64,000 nucleotides of DNA, taken from NCBI GenBank assembly GCA_965240325.2, contig OZ251229.1, positions 2,790,001 to 2,854,000 on the forward strand. Direction: 5' to 3'. The stretch is from Rebecca billardiae RCC1528 (lineage: Eukaryota; Protista; Haptophyta). A model generated the notes under the pieces. The model was not told the DNA's origin. It worked only from the letters and a program-made list of their open reading frames with translations, and did not search any database. The translations under genes were made by a program, and so were the position numbers. Positions 1 through 12,200 of this stretch are shown here, in pieces; positions within the stretch are counted from its first letter, which is position 1; every line of letters starts with the position of its first letter.

Positions 1-1114
1 GGTACTCGCTCTTGAGGCACAGCTTCTGCAGGAAGCGGCGCGACATGTGCGGCCCGTGCGCGTGGCAGCGGCCGCCCGAGATGTGGTTGAAGCACGCTGG
101 CACACTCGGCTTCCACATCGAATCCCTGTACGGCGCGCTCAGGTTGGCGGCCGTCCACAGGTGCGAGCCGTCGGGCTGCCTCGACGAGTTCCACGCGTGC
201 CACAGCGTGTACCGGTCGTACAGCTTGGGCTTGAGCAGGTGGTGCCGCGCCCAAGCGCGCGCCAGCGGCAGCGAGTGCTCGCGGTGCAGCGCGACCACGC
301 CCGTGTGGATGCCGTCGCCGCACCGCCCCGCCTCGTTCGGCAGGCAGCGCGCCTCCATCCTGCTGAGCAGCAGCTGCCGCTGCGCGCTGAACACGGGCGG
401 CTGCCGCACCATGTCCGCGACGCAGCCCGGCTGCGCGACGACCTTGTCGCAGTCGTGGAAGATGAGGATCGGCGGCCCGCGCTCGCCTACCAGGTCGAGC
501 ATCAGCGCCTTCACCGCCTTGGCGCTCGTGCGCAGCAGCCCGCCGCCGAAGCTGAATCCGCCGGGCAGCTCGCGGATCCGCTTGTACACGTGGTCGAGCA
601 CGTGGATGTTCGGGTTGCCCGTCGTCGCGCGCAGGCGCTGCTCGTCGAAGCAGGGCGACGCGAGCCCCGCGGTCGAGCCTGCAAAGAGGTACACGGGCCC
701 CATCCAGCCGCCGATGCGCACGAGCGTCTCGATCGCAGCGATGCACTTGAAGGCAAACTTGCTCGCGTAGATGTCGGTGGCGGCGAAGACGAAGCCCACC
801 TGGCCATCGGCGTCGTAGGTGTGCGGGGCGGAGCGGATGCACCCGTCCGCGTCGTGATCGTACACCGACTGCAGCGGCGCAGCAGCGCGCGCTGCACTCG
901 CGTTGGGCGGCGGCCTCGCCCCACCGCCGCTCGCTCTCGCGTCCGACGCCTTTGGCCGCGGGCCGGTCGCTGGCGGTTCAGACGGATGATGAGCGAACGC
1001 GAGCACGAGCACGAGGGCCGTTGCCGCCATCGCCAGGGCACCAAGTGCACGTTGGCGTGCAGTGGGTCGCAGCGCCTCCTCTCCATTCCCAGCGCCGAGG
1101 TCGAAGCGACGCAT
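1..1114 (-). CDS. Putative type II membrane GT-A-fold glycosyltransferase-like protein (3' end runs off the window)
   Basis: Missing from the ORF track because it has no stop in the window. ATG at 1114: MRRFDLGAG...ALGALAMAATALVLVLAFAHH (signal anchor), Pro/Ala stem, then GFVFAATD...KAVKALMLDLV...ILIFHDCDKVV (DxD after a hydrophobic strand)...GIHTGVVAL...YDRYTLW. Frame is open to base 1. Confidence 0.6.
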   Translation of the reverse strand, partial: MRRFDLGAGNGEEALRPTARQRALGALAMAATALVLVLAFAHHPSEPPATGPRPKASDARASGGGARPPPNASAARAAAPLQSVYDHDADGCIRSAPHTYDADGQVGFVFAATDIYASKFAFKCIAAIETLVRIGGWMGPVYLFAGSTAGLASPCFDEQRLRATTGNPNIHVLDHVYKRIRELPGGFSFGGGLLRTSAKAVKALMLDLVGERGPPILIFHDCDKVVAQPGCVADMVRQPPVFSAQRQLLLSRMEARCLPNEAGRCGDGIHTGVVALHREHSLPLARAWARHHLLKPKLYDRYTLWHAWNSSRQPDGSHLWTAANLSAPYRDSMWKPSVPACFNHISGGRCHAHGPHMSRRFLQKLCLKSEY

Positions 1115-1456
1115 CACCCGAGAAGGTTGGAAGTGGAATGGCGGCGTCGTCGGCTAGGGGGGGTGGCACAGCAAGGTGGACCTTGATCGAAGCCGGAAGG
1201 AGGGGTCCACCTTTACCAAGCCACCAATAACTCCATCAAGGTCTTACGGATATTCCACAGGCGAATTCATTACCGGAAAACGCTTGGTGGTGATTGGCTA
1301 GGCAATAGATTACTACTACGAACCTAGAGAGCTCTCCTGTTCTGAAACTGTACGTATCATACTTGAACTTGTACCGTACCGTTCCAACGTCACCGTCGGA
1401 CTGGGACTGACGCCTTGACGTGCGACGACGCCAAGGTGAAGGAAGATAGCACTTAG

Positions 1457-2510
1457 CAGACTTGGCAGTGAGTGAATAGTGCACTCACCCGGAGTGAGTG
1501 CAACTGAGTGCACTCACTCCCGGACTCGCACGCACTCACTCATCGGCGGGCCCCCGCCATCCGGACTCTGCACGCACTCACTTGGTGGCTGCCGCCCTGC
1601 CGCACGCACTCACTGCGTGTGCCGTGAGTGCGGCGCCGCCCACGGCCGCGGCGTGTGCCGCGCGCGCTGCGGCGGACGCGGGACGCGGCCAGGCGCCAGT
1701 CGTCTAGCGGCCGGATTGCGGAGTGGGACCCTCCGGATCTAAGCCACGCTGCGCGCGGCAATGACCTATATCTACACATCTACCGTCGTGCTTCTCTCAG
1801 CATATAGTAGCACGCATCATCCCCGCCATCGCTGGCATAGCCTCACCATCATCCTCAATCCTGGTCGTCGTCAGCCGGTCTGCTTCACTCACTCACCGGT
1901 CTCACCTCACACCTGTGGCCGGTCAGTCAGTCACGGATACCGTAGCCAGCCTAACCTCGCTCAATGCGGCACTCGAGCTCGGCCTCGATTCGCGTCTTCC
2001 TTGCATGCGTGGGCTCGGGGATGCCCGTGCACTCCTCACTGGCCTCCATGAGCAGCGTTGCTCACCGAGCTCGGGGAGCGATCAGCGAGTGGCTACGCCG
2101 CCGCCGCCGCCGCCGCCGCGCGCTCGCTCATTGAGACGTGGCATGCAACGGACTGGCGCGAGAGAAAGAACGGCAGCGGACCAGTCAGCAAGAAACACCA
2201 AGATAGCGCTCGGCGCAGGCGTTCCCCTGTCCCCTTCGCAGCAGTTGCCCATCACTTCATTGCCGAGCGCAAGCCTTAGCCCGACGCACCGTCATAGCGA
2301 TGACGCGTGCGCGCGCCACCGCGTGAAGGTGTCGCACCACTTGGCACTCGAGTGCACGCACTCACTGGCCGGCGGAGCCGGCCCCGCACGCACTCACTCG
2401 TTCGCGGGGCCCCGCGCAGCCGGACTCTGCACGCACTCACTCGTGACGGCCCTGCCGCAGCCGGAGTCGGCCACGCACTCACTCAAAACCTTCACTCACT
2501 GCCAAGTCTG
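1457..2510. mobile_element. Non-autonomous hAT-like DNA transposon (~1.05 kb)
   Basis: Perfect 20-bp TIRs CAGACTTGGCAGTGAGTGAA (1457-1476; reverse complement 2491-2510). Multiple GCACGCACTCACT subterminal repeats at both ends. GAAGATAG occurs at 1442-1449 and 2511-2518 (offset 8-bp TSD candidate). Confidence 0.8.
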
Positions 2511-3237
2511 GAAGATAGCCGACATTATCAAGGCTGTCTCCAGACCATAATGTGTCATCGCCTGTCGGTTCGCGCTCTGCGGGAATCGCGGTTCGACTGG
2601 CGGGTCAACATTACACGCGACTGTACTCGCCTGCCTGTGCTGTGTTCAGCGTCTGGCTGAACTGATGAAGAGCACGTGGCAGACTCGCTGCGCAGCCGAG
2701 CACACAGTTGATGAGGCCGCGCCGCTGCTCCGCAACGGCCGAGTGAACGGGCACGGTCACGGACGCGCCAGCGACTGAGCAGCTAGTCGTACGTACCGAG
2801 CAGTCGTACTCCTGACGCGAGACTGGCCGGCGCGCTGCTGAACACGGCGTAGTTACGGTCTAGGCCAGCTGACCAGCGTCCAGCACCGCAGCAGCGATGT
2901 GACGGACGTGACGACTCAGACTGCCTGCTAGCTACACTCCGGATACCGAGTCGATATCGCTATCGAGCTACACGGTATGGCGAACGGATACCGCCGCGCG
3001 CGGCTGATTGGCGATATGTGACTGCCAAGTGGCTCCGGCTTCGGTCCGGACCCCCCCCCCGGCCCCAGTCCGGTCGTCACTGGAGCGTTATTACATCTTG
3101 ACACTGCAATCGGCGCGGGATCGCCGCCTCTGATGATCTACGATGCTCCTGGCAGACCACCCCAGGCGGTCCGTGCTTGGACGGCATTACGGCCGCTGAT
3201 GAGCAAGTGGATCCCGGTAACGGGCCACACCTCCTAT

Positions 3238-3407
3238 ATAGGTTCAGACTCTATTTTCTATAAGTAAATACCCAATCCGGGTGCCATTTTCACATACATA
3301 TGTATACAGGTGTCCGGAACACTCCCGGACTGTGCTGAAATCTGAGTAAGGGACGGGTATAATATTACATATATATAGTAAAATAGCTATAGAGAGTCTG
3401 AACCTAT
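3238..3407. mobile_element. Small AT-rich MITE-like element (170 bp)
   Basis: Perfect 15-bp inverted repeat ATAGGTTCAGACTCT (3238-3252) / AGAGTCTGAACCTAT (3393-3407) around an AT-rich core. Confidence 0.55.
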
Positions 3408-4016
3408 TGCCATTCGGGGAGGTGGTCGAATCGGTAGGGGGTCCATCTGATTAACTCGAGTTTTGATTTCTTTTCTTTTCCTTTTCAGAATAACTTGTTC
3501 GGCGTGTTTTCGCGATCGGCAGATTCCAAATCCGCGCTCGGCTCGGCCCGGCGCGGGAGCGGAGCTCTGAACGGGGTCGGCAAGGCTGATGGCCCTCGTC
3601 GACGGCCGTCCGCTCGCCATTGGGCGCGCCCACATCGGCGCAGGCGCCTCGCCGAGCGACTCGGTGGACACGGACACGTAGCCACGGTTCGTGTGGACCG
3701 GGCTCTCGCTGGGAGTCGCTGGCCAAACGACGCTCGTGCTTCATCATTTGAATCTGCGTGCTCGACGTGTGCTGCTCGCGACCAAGGAGCGCGTCCTAGG
3801 AGCACGTGCAGGAGAGCAATACGGAGACGAACATGCGCAATATGGTGGGATGGGCATCGACATCGACTGGACACTGTCTCCTTCCCCACCCGTCGCTGCC
3901 ATCTCGCCCTCGGACGTGCCCGCGACGCCTCTGCCGCAAGGGCCAGCTGCCGCCGACCAACTTGCGGACCGCTGTGCCGGGCATGACGAGGTCCAGGGCG
4001 CGGCAGATGATGATGC

Positions 4017-5018
4017 ACGCGTGCCCATGGGTGTGTGCGACCCGCCCGAGGTCCCTGCCGGCACCGCCGAGGGGCTCGCCTCCTCCGCGGACGGCCTCGA
4101 CTGTGAGCAACCGTGCAGGCCCGAGCTACGGCCTGACGTCGACGTCAGCGCGCAGCAGCTCGAGGAGACGGCGGTGGCGGCGCGCGCCATCCACGTGCTA
4201 CAGCCCTCGACCAGCTGGCGCGTGGCCGGCACTCGCCCGCGGTACGCATCGGTTCTCGACTTCATGCTCCTCGACCTCCTCCGCACGCTCGTGGTCTCGT
4301 GGAGCTCATGCTTGAGATCTTGAAGAAGCACAAGCCGTGGGTCAGAGTGTTCACCCCTGCGTGCGCCCAGACCGCGCGCGACGGTCGGACGAAGAAGCCC
4401 AAGGCGCTCACGCTCGTCTGCGTGGATGCGCTCGGCATCTCGTTGCGCCACGACTCGCCGCGGCTCGAGGTGATCGGCATCTGGCTGATGACCGTGCACA
4501 GGTGGTGGAAGGGCAAGCACGAGGACATGGAGCGCATCCTGAGCCGGAAGCAGGGCGCGTCGGCGGCGGAGAGGAAGGCGGAGCTGGATGTCGATGACAC
4601 GTCGCTGGGCGCCGGCGACGACAGCTGCCCCTTCCGCGACCTCTACTCGCCCCCCGACGCCAGCGCGCCGCGCGCGTCCGCAGCAGGCCGCGTGCAGGTG
4701 CAGCTGCACGAGCAGCGCGTGACTCCTGCTGAGCACGCGATCATCTTGGAGCAGCAGGTGCGCCTGACGGAGCAGCAGGTGGAGCTGAACTCGTCGCGCA
4801 AGGCGATCGCGCGCGCCGTCGCCGACGCTGCGCGCGCCAGCTTGCGCGCCAACGCAACCGAGCGCAGCGCGCGGGGGGGCACAGATCGAGCTGCGGCCGA
4901 GCGGGCTGCCATGGCTGCCGACTGCGCCGAGTTCGAGCGCGAGAGGAGAGCGGCGGAGCTCGAGGGCGAGCGCGCGGCGAAGCGCGCGCAGTCCGCCGCA
5001 GTACTGGTGGACCGGTGA
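4017..5018 (+). pseudogene. Frameshifted hypothetical coding sequence, possibly transposon-derived
   Basis: GC3-biased, protein-like sequence (...SVLDFMLLDLLRTLVVS / ELMLEILKKHKPWVRVF...IWLMTVHRWWKGK...coiled coil) that changes frame at ~4300 with no intron signals. Start is approximate and no family was recognised. Confidence 0.3.
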
Positions 5019-6279
5019 CGCCCTCGCGTGGGCTAGGGTACGACGAACGGCGACGACGCCGGTGACACAGAGCACGGGCACGGAAGTCGCCGAACGGACC
5101 GCGGCAAGCTCGGCGGCGGCGACTGCTAGTGCTAGTCTGCGCACGCAAGCGCCAAGCCTCGATGGCGGAGGACTCTCTCACGACTATGGGGATGGTGGCA
5201 TGCTCAGAGGTGGGCTTGGTAGTGTGCTTCGGCACGCAGCCCGCCGCCCGCATCAGGTCCGTCCGGGCCTGCTGCGGCACGGTTCGAGTGGCATGAGCCC
5301 GCCGTCAATCCCGACTGAATCCGCGCGGCGGCGCGGCCTATTCGGATGACCCAGCACGAATAGTGAACAAGGTAGTACCCCCATATTGACAGCACCCTGA
5401 ATATATATTTAAAACACACCCATATTATATAATAAACGGGTAGATACGCGCGCATATATACGGGTACGTGTCTCTAATATTAAATGGGTACGTAACATGC
5501 TCGATCTTGGGTGGAGTAGTTTTTCCTCGCCCTCTACGCGCACTCATCGTGCCTTCTAAAAATCAGCAATTCCACCGTAATTTTATTTGGGCGGGTTGCA
5601 ACGGTTATGAATAATAAGTAAGTTCGACGATATACCGTCATTTAGCCGCCATAACAAGTCGTTGACGTTTGGCTGAATCTGTATGTGACACAGTGGCGCA
5701 GCTGGCGCGCGCGCACGACCGCGCGACGGCACGCGGAGTCGGTTTTGCGTGCTTCTGACGGCTGGGCTGGGTTCCGGGACATATTTGTGGGTGCCTTCGC
5801 AAGCGCCTCGCTCGTCAGACACCTAAATCGCATGGTTGTCGAAAATCACAAATCAGTGGGCGGCTGCTGTCATGGACCCCCTAGAATAAGTAGAATCGGG
5901 TCGCGGGCCCGACTCGCGGATCGGATGCAGCGCGTGCGACTGATTTCTCGTTGATGAATAAGGGCGGCAGTGTCGTCAATCGGGCATCGGCCATCGGGGG
6001 TCGGAAGCGGGTACTACTGCTCTGCTGCATGGTCCGCTGCGCAGCAGCGGTTGACTTATTCGGCTGGCACGCGGGGCCACTGGCACTCAGAGTCAGACGG
6101 ACCGGGAGCGGTATAACGGCGGGCCGGGCTCCGCGGACGCCCGGCCCCGGACGGGGGCGCGGCTGCGGCCGGCGGGGGTGCCGCGGCGGACCGGAGCTGG
6201 AGCCAAGTCGTCCCGTCAGAGTCGTCGTCATCGGCACCTCTATAGCAATAAGTCAGTCCGATGGCGCCCGTCGTCATCG

Positions 6280-8769
6280 TCAGACCCTGTCTGATGGCCC
6301 CGCCCGGTGATGCTGCTTATCGTCATCATTGCCGCCGTCCGCCTCGAACGAGGGTCGTGACCGCGGCGGCCGGCTGGAAGGCGTCAGGCTCGAGGAGGAG
6401 GACGAGGCGGCCTCCACCTCGCACGCGGGCGGCGGCTGCGCTGGCGGCCGCCGCGCGCCGGGCCGCGCGCTCTGCGCGTACGCGCGCGCCGACGCGCTCA
6501 TGAGCTCCCGCACGAGCTGCTGCTGCGCGCGGCCGACCTCGGCGCTCGCGGCCGCACCCGCGAGGTCGAGCTGGGGCCGGCGCTCGTGCTCGTGCGGGCT
6601 GCGCGCCTCGATGGCGGTGGGCGTGGTCGGCGCCTCCGTCACCGCCATGTCCGCGGGCTCGGCCGCTCCCCTGCCGTCGCCGGGCGTGCCCGGCGCGCCG
6701 CCCGCGTGCGCGGGCTCGCGGTCTGCGAGGGCGCGCGCGCCGGCCGCGTCGTCGTCGTCGTCGCCGTCGCCGCCGCCCTCGTCGTCCGCCTCCTCCTCGA
6801 TGCCGTCGGCCGCGCCATGCAGCGCGCGGCACGCGAGGAAGCGCAGCACGTCCCCCGCGTCCGTGCCGTGCGGCACCTTGCCGCTCGCCACCTTGCCCAG
6901 CGCGTAGTGCGAGAACCGCTCGCGCGTGAGCTGGCTTGTGTGCAGCACGGCCGCGAGGTCCAACAGCTGAGCCCGGCCCAGCCGGCGCAGCTTGCGCGGC
7001 GCGCAGAGGGTCCAGAGGACCTCGCGCAGCACGGAGGGCGCGAGCTGCGCCGCGCTCTCCTCGTCCAGGATGTGCGTGCTCAGCTCGTCCGCAACCGCGC
7101 CGTTCGCCACCGCCTCCGCCTGCTGCTCGGCGCGGGCAGCGCGCGGGCCGGCGCGGCGCAGCGCGCGGCGCGGCGCGGCGCGGTGTCCCGGTGAGGCGCG
7201 CGGGCCGGCGCGGCGCGGCGCGGTGCCGTGGCGAGCGCGGCGGTGAGCGCGCGCGCGCGCGCGCGAGGTGTGCTGCGCGCCGCGTACCTGCTGCGCGGCG
7301 AGCCTGTGCAGCTCGCGCATTGCCTCGAGCTCGGCGCGCTCCGCCTCGGCTCTCGCCAGCGCCTCCGCCTCCTCCTTCGCCTCCTTTGCGCGGTCGATCG
7401 CGCGGAGGTAGTTGTCAATCATGATGGTGACGATCACGTTGGAGAGGACGACGGAGGTGGCGAAGGTGTACGAGACGAAGAAGCCGGAGCCCTTGATCAC
7501 GTTCTCCGCGTTCGACTCGTAGATGATCGGCCGCGCGATCGCCGCCCAGCCGTCCAGCGTCTTCACTTGGTACATGGTAAACATGGCGCGCGCAAACGTA
7601 CCAAACTCTGCGTGCGCGTACGGGCCGAAGAAGTCGACGGCGATGATCGACCAGATGCCCATGAGCACGCCGAGCACGATGATCGCGTTGCCCACCTTGG
7701 GAAGCGCGTCGAAGATCGCCTCGATGATCGTGCGCAGGCTCTCCACCCGCTTGAACAGCCGCAGCACGCGGAAGGCGCGGAACAGGCGGAGCACGCTCAC
7801 GCCCGGCACGCTCGCGGCGAGCAGCTTGACCCATGTGACCGTGACGATGAGGACGTCGAAGACGTTCCAGCCGGAGGCCCAGAACGGGCGGCACCAGTAC
7901 GCGTACGCGTTCCACGCCAGCTCCACGCTGAACGCGCACGCGAACGCCCACTCCGCCGCCGCGAACACCCGGACCGACGCGTCGGTCCTGACCTCGGCGA
8001 GCTGCGCCTCAATTGCCGCCTGCAGGAAGTTGGCCACGATAAGCAGCGCGACGAGGAGCTGGACGGGCGCGGTCTCGTACACGGCGCGCGCGGCCTGCTG
8101 CGCCCACGCCGCGGTCCACGGCTCGGGGCGGCTCCCCGCGCGCGCGAGCTCGGCCAGCCGCGCCTCGATCACGGCCTCGATCGAGCTGCGCCGCGCGAGC
8201 TGCCGAGGCGGCAGCGGGCCGGCGAGGCTTTGCGAGCGGCGCGGGGTGCGGCCGTTGGGGCCGGCGGGCGGCGCGAGCGTGCCGCCGGAGCGCGCGTCTC
8301 GCAGGCTGCCCACGCCGCGCACAACCGGCGCCGGGCCGCTCATGCTGTTGCTGCGCACCGACGTGCGCGACGCGCGCGCGTCCCGCGGCGGCGGCGTGGC
8401 GCGCCTCAGCGGCGTGCGGCGCGGCTCGACGAGCGGCTCGGTGTCGGTGCGCTTGGCGAGGCGCCGCGGCGGCGTGCGCGCGCGGCTAGGGGACAGGCTT
8501 CTCGGCGTCGAAGCGCCCGAGCCCACGCGCCTGCGCAGCCCGCTCGGCGACTCCTCGGCGCCGAGCGCGCCGTGGCCGAGCTGGGTCGGCGCCGCGTCGG
8601 CCGTCGGCGGCTCGGTCGGCGCGCGCGAGGGGAAGGAGAGCTGGTCCTCGGGATAGGTGAGGCCGTAGCCGCTCGGGCGCGAGTGCCGCGCGGGCCTCTC
8701 CCCGTCCTCACCTTCGCCCTCCTCCAGCTCTCTCCGTGCGTTCAGCACGGCCAGCGTCGCGGACGCCAT
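6280..8769 (-). CDS. Single-domain voltage-gated cation channel (EukCat/BacNav/CatSper-like, 6TM)
   Basis: S1-S3 (LLVALLIVANF; FSVELAWN; WNVFDVLIV), S4 LRLFRAFRVLRLFKRV, S5, pore MFTMYQVKTLDGWAAIARP, S6 FFVSYTFATSVVLSNVIVTIMIDNY, then coiled coil. ATG at 8769. In-frame GT-AG intron 7120-7287. Confidence 0.92.
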   Translation of the reverse strand: MASATLAVLNARRELEEGEGEDGERPARHSRPSGYGLTYPEDQLSFPSRAPTEPPTADAAPTQLGHGALGAEESPSGLRRRVGSGASTPRSLSPSRARTPPRRLAKRTDTEPLVEPRRTPLRRATPPPRDARASRTSVRSNSMSGPAPVVRGVGSLRDARSGGTLAPPAGPNGRTPRRSQSLAGPLPPRQLARRSSIEAVIEARLAELARAGSRPEPWTAAWAQQAARAVYETAPVQLLVALLIVANFLQAAIEAQLAEVRTDASVRVFAAAEWAFACAFSVELAWNAYAYWCRPFWASGWNVFDVLIVTVTWVKLLAASVPGVSVLRLFRAFRVLRLFKRVESLRTIIEAIFDALPKVGNAIIVLGVLMGIWSIIAVDFFGPYAHAEFGTFARAMFTMYQVKTLDGWAAIARPIIYESNAENVIKGSGFFVSYTFATSVVLSNVIVTIMIDNYLRAIDRAKEAKEEAEALARAEAERAELEAMRELHRLAAQQVRGAQHTSRARARAHRRARHGTAPRRAGPRASPGHRAAPRRALRRAGPRAARAEQQAEAVANGAVADELSTHILDEESAAQLAPSVLREVLWTLCAPRKLRRLGRAQLLDLAAVLHTSQLTRERFSHYALGKVASGKVPHGTDAGDVLRFLACRALHGAADGIEEEADDEGGGDGDDDDDAAGARALADREPAHAGGAPGTPGDGRGAAEPADMAVTEAPTTPTAIEARSPHEHERRPQLDLAGAAASAEVGRAQQQLVRELMSASARAYAQSARPGARRPPAQPPPACEVEAASSSSSSLTPSSRPPRSRPSFEADGGNDDDKQHHRAGPSDRV

Positions 8770-9201
8770 GGCCCGCGCGAGATGCCCCGCACGTCCAGGC
8801 TGACCGCCACCCTGCTTGTGCCCCAGCAGCAACGAAAATGATGCGCGCCCTTCCACGGGCTTCCTTCCATCCGTAGGCCGAGCAGCGTGGGCTGCGCCCT
8901 TGGGGCTGCGTCGTTAATCGTTCTTGAAATCGCAATAGGACACTGGGCTTCCATATTCGTGCGCGCCAATCGGCGAGCAGCACCGAACCGACTTCGGCGG
9001 GAATCGAGGAATCTTTGGTTGCTACTGGTGCTGAGCCCCCTCCGGCCCTCCCCAACAATGAACAAGCTGCGCACGCCCGGACGGCGGACAGTCAACACCG
9101 GGCAAAGGCAATGGCGGCCTGCTGCGTAGTGACGACACACTCGCCGCACTGGACTTGGCCCGGCGGGGTGCCGCGAGCGCGGCTGCACGCGTCCCCGGTC
9201 C

Positions 9202-12200
9202 TCATTCAGCCGCCGCGCCCGCCGCGCCGCCGCCCTCCGCGCCGTCGGAGCCGCCGGCGGAGAGGCCGGAGGGCTCGGCGCCGAGGCCGGCGCCGTAGTC
9301 GCCGTCCCGCGCCGCGCTGCCGTCCGCGTCCGACACGCTCGCGCCGCGCACGGGCGGCGGGCCGAGCTCGTCCTCCGCGCCCTCCTCGCCCTCCTCCTCC
9401 GCCGCCACCGACGCCTCCGCCTGCACCACCTGCAGGTTCGTCACGATCTGCCGCGGCGGCTGCGTGAGGTCTGTTTCCCCGTATGCGCTTTCCGCGAGAA
9501 GGTTGAAGAGCGCTCCCTCCAGCACCTCCTGGGCGAGCTCCTGCGCGGCCCGCGAGGGCGCGCGCGGGGGGGCGGCCGGGCGTTGAGGGCGAGGGGCCGC
9601 GGTGCGCGGCGCAGCAGAGCGAGGCAAAGCGCGCGCGCGCGCACACGGCGCGCACGCGCGGCGTCGCGCGCGCGCGGCACGCGCGGCCGCGCCGTGGCGC
9701 GCGCACGCGGCACACAGGCGGCGCAGGCGGCAGGCCGCACGCAGCGCGCGGCGGCGCGCACCTGGAACTCGTGCGTCGCCTGCAGCCGCTCCAGCCGCTC
9801 GCGCTCCGCGCGGCCGGGCCTCGCGCGCTGCAGCTCGAGCGCGTGCGCCACCGCGGGCGACAGCTCTTCAGAGGGCGCGGGCTCGGAGTAGAGCGGCGGC
9901 TGCGGGCGGGCGGGCGGGCACACGCCGGCGGGAGGCGGAGGCGGGCGGGCAGGCGGCACACGGACGCGCACGCGCTCGCGTGCGTGAGACACGGGTCGGC
10001 GCGAGGCGCACGCGCGGCGTGCCGCGCGCGCGTTCGCGGGCGGCGCAGGCGCAGGCGCAGGCGCAGGCGCGCGGCGGCACGGGCGCCCGGTCGCGCGCGC
10101 CACGGCGGCGCCGGTGCAAGGGCTGCGGTGCGGGCGCATCGGTCGCGCGCTCGCGTGCGGCGCGGGCGCCTCCTCACCTCCTCGGGCTCGGCCCACGCCC
10201 ACGGCACGGGCGCGCCCCTCAGCTGTGCGAACCATGGCACCGGCGCGGCCGGCGCGTGCGCCAGCGCCCGCCGCACCTCCGAATCCGCCACCTGCGCGGC
10301 CGCGGGGTGCGCGCGCGCGCCGGGCGCGGGCAGCGTCAGCGCGCGCTCGGGGCCGCCGCCGAGCCCGCGGCCCGCGCGCGCACCAGCGCCGTGCACAGCG
10401 TCTCGATGAGCGTCTCCGCCAGCGCTCGCTCCTCCTCCTCGCGTGCCAGCTGCTGCACGGGAGAGGCGGACCTCGAGCGCGGAGCGGGCGGCACGCTGCC
10501 GCCTCCCGCCGCCGCGGCCGCGAGCGCGGTGCTTCCGAGCTCGCGCGCGCGCAGCGGCAGTGGCGGCGAGACGGGGCGCGGGGCCGGCGCCACGTCGGCG
10601 GGGAGCGGCGCGCGCGGCGCGTGCGGCACGTGCATCATAGGCTGCGCGGCGCCGCGCGAGTCGCGCGCGCGCGGCGCGTGTCGGGTGTGGTCAGCGGTGG
10701 CGCGCGGCGACGCTGCGCGGCGTGCGCGTGCGAGCGCGCGCGGCGCGCGCGGCGCGTGCGGGCGCGCACCAGCCTGTGCGCGTGGTGCTCGAGCATGTGC
10801 GGCTGCTCGAGGGCGAGGCCGAGCACGCTCAGCCTCACCTCGCGCTCGTACACGAGCCGCGCGTCGCCGTAAGCCGACGCGACCGTCTCTGGGAACATTG
10901 CTGACGCGCCGCCTTGGGAAATGGCGGAGGTGCCTCTGGTGAGCTCGAGCACGCCGCCGCCGCCGGCGGTGCGCGCGGTGGCGCGCGAGCGCGCGCCGGC
11001 CGAGCCGCCGCCCGAGGAGCAGGCGGACGCTGTCGCGCCGGGCGCCGAGTGCGCCACCGTCGAGATAGCGCGCGGCACCGCCTCGCCGTACGCGGCCTTG
11101 GGTGGGCGCATGCGCGGCGGCGCGCGCGGGCCGCCCGGCTGCGCCACCTGCGGCCGCCACGCGTACACGGTCGTGCGCCGCCCGCCCTTGGTGCGGACGG
11201 AGAACGCCAGCGACGCCGCGAGCGAGCGGTGCGTGTTGATCGTGAAGCCCGTCATGCCAGAGCGCACCGTCATGCCGTCCGCCCCGCCGCCGCCCGCCGC
11301 GCGCGAGCCGCCCATTCGCGAGAGCGGCGAGCTCGGCTCTGGCGCGTCCGTCGCGCGCAGGATCAGCGTCCCCTCGAGCGAGCACGGCCGCGTGCGCGCG
11401 CTCACGCGCAGCCGGCACAGCACCGCCTCGCCCGGCGGCACGCGTCCGTGCTCGGGTTCGATCGACGCGAGCTCCGCGACGTCCGCATGCGCGTGCCGCC
11501 ACTCAAAGACGAACGGCACGTCGCTCTCGTTGCGCACGAACAGGGCGCGCGTCACCACCGCGCCGAGCGGGATGATCCCGACGTCGATCACGTCGGCGGA
11601 GAGGTACGCATGCTGCGAGGGCGGGCGCACCAGCTGGTGAGGCGGCAGCACGGCGCGCGCGAACGAGGCCACCTCGCCAGAAACGCGAGCCTCCGCCGCC
11701 GGGTGATACCCGCGAGCGGAGAGGACAAGGTTGGCGGGCTCGGGCTCGGGCTCGGGCGGCGGCGCGGCGCGCGCCGCGGCCGCGGCGCGCGCCGCCGCCT
11801 TCCCCGAGCCCGCGGCGGAGGTGAGGCGGGAGACGGAGGGCGGCGCGGCGCCGGCCGGTGGCACGTCGTACAGGGCGATGCCGCCGTCGCGCGTCGCCGG
11901 CGTCCCTGTCGACAGCCCGCCGCGTGAGCCTGAGCGTGAGCGCGCCGAGCGCATGCTCGCGCCGAGCCCGGCGAACGGCGCGCCGATGCCGAGCGCGCCC
12001 GGCGGCGGCGGCTCGATCGGGTCGGGGACGGGCGCGAGGGCGATCGGCAGGTTGAGCGTGTACACGCGCGCCTCGAGCGGGTGGAAGCGCACGCGCAGCA
12101 GCGCGCGCTCGCCAGGCTCCACCCGGCCGGTCGGGTTCTCGACGGAGAAGACGGGGAAGCCGTACGAGGCCTCGCTGAGCGCGTCCGCCTCCGCCGTGTC

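Noticed and set aside
5350-6250. AT-rich segments as RNA genes or TE ends
   Set aside because: No tRNA/snRNA motifs or matching termini could be identified by eye.
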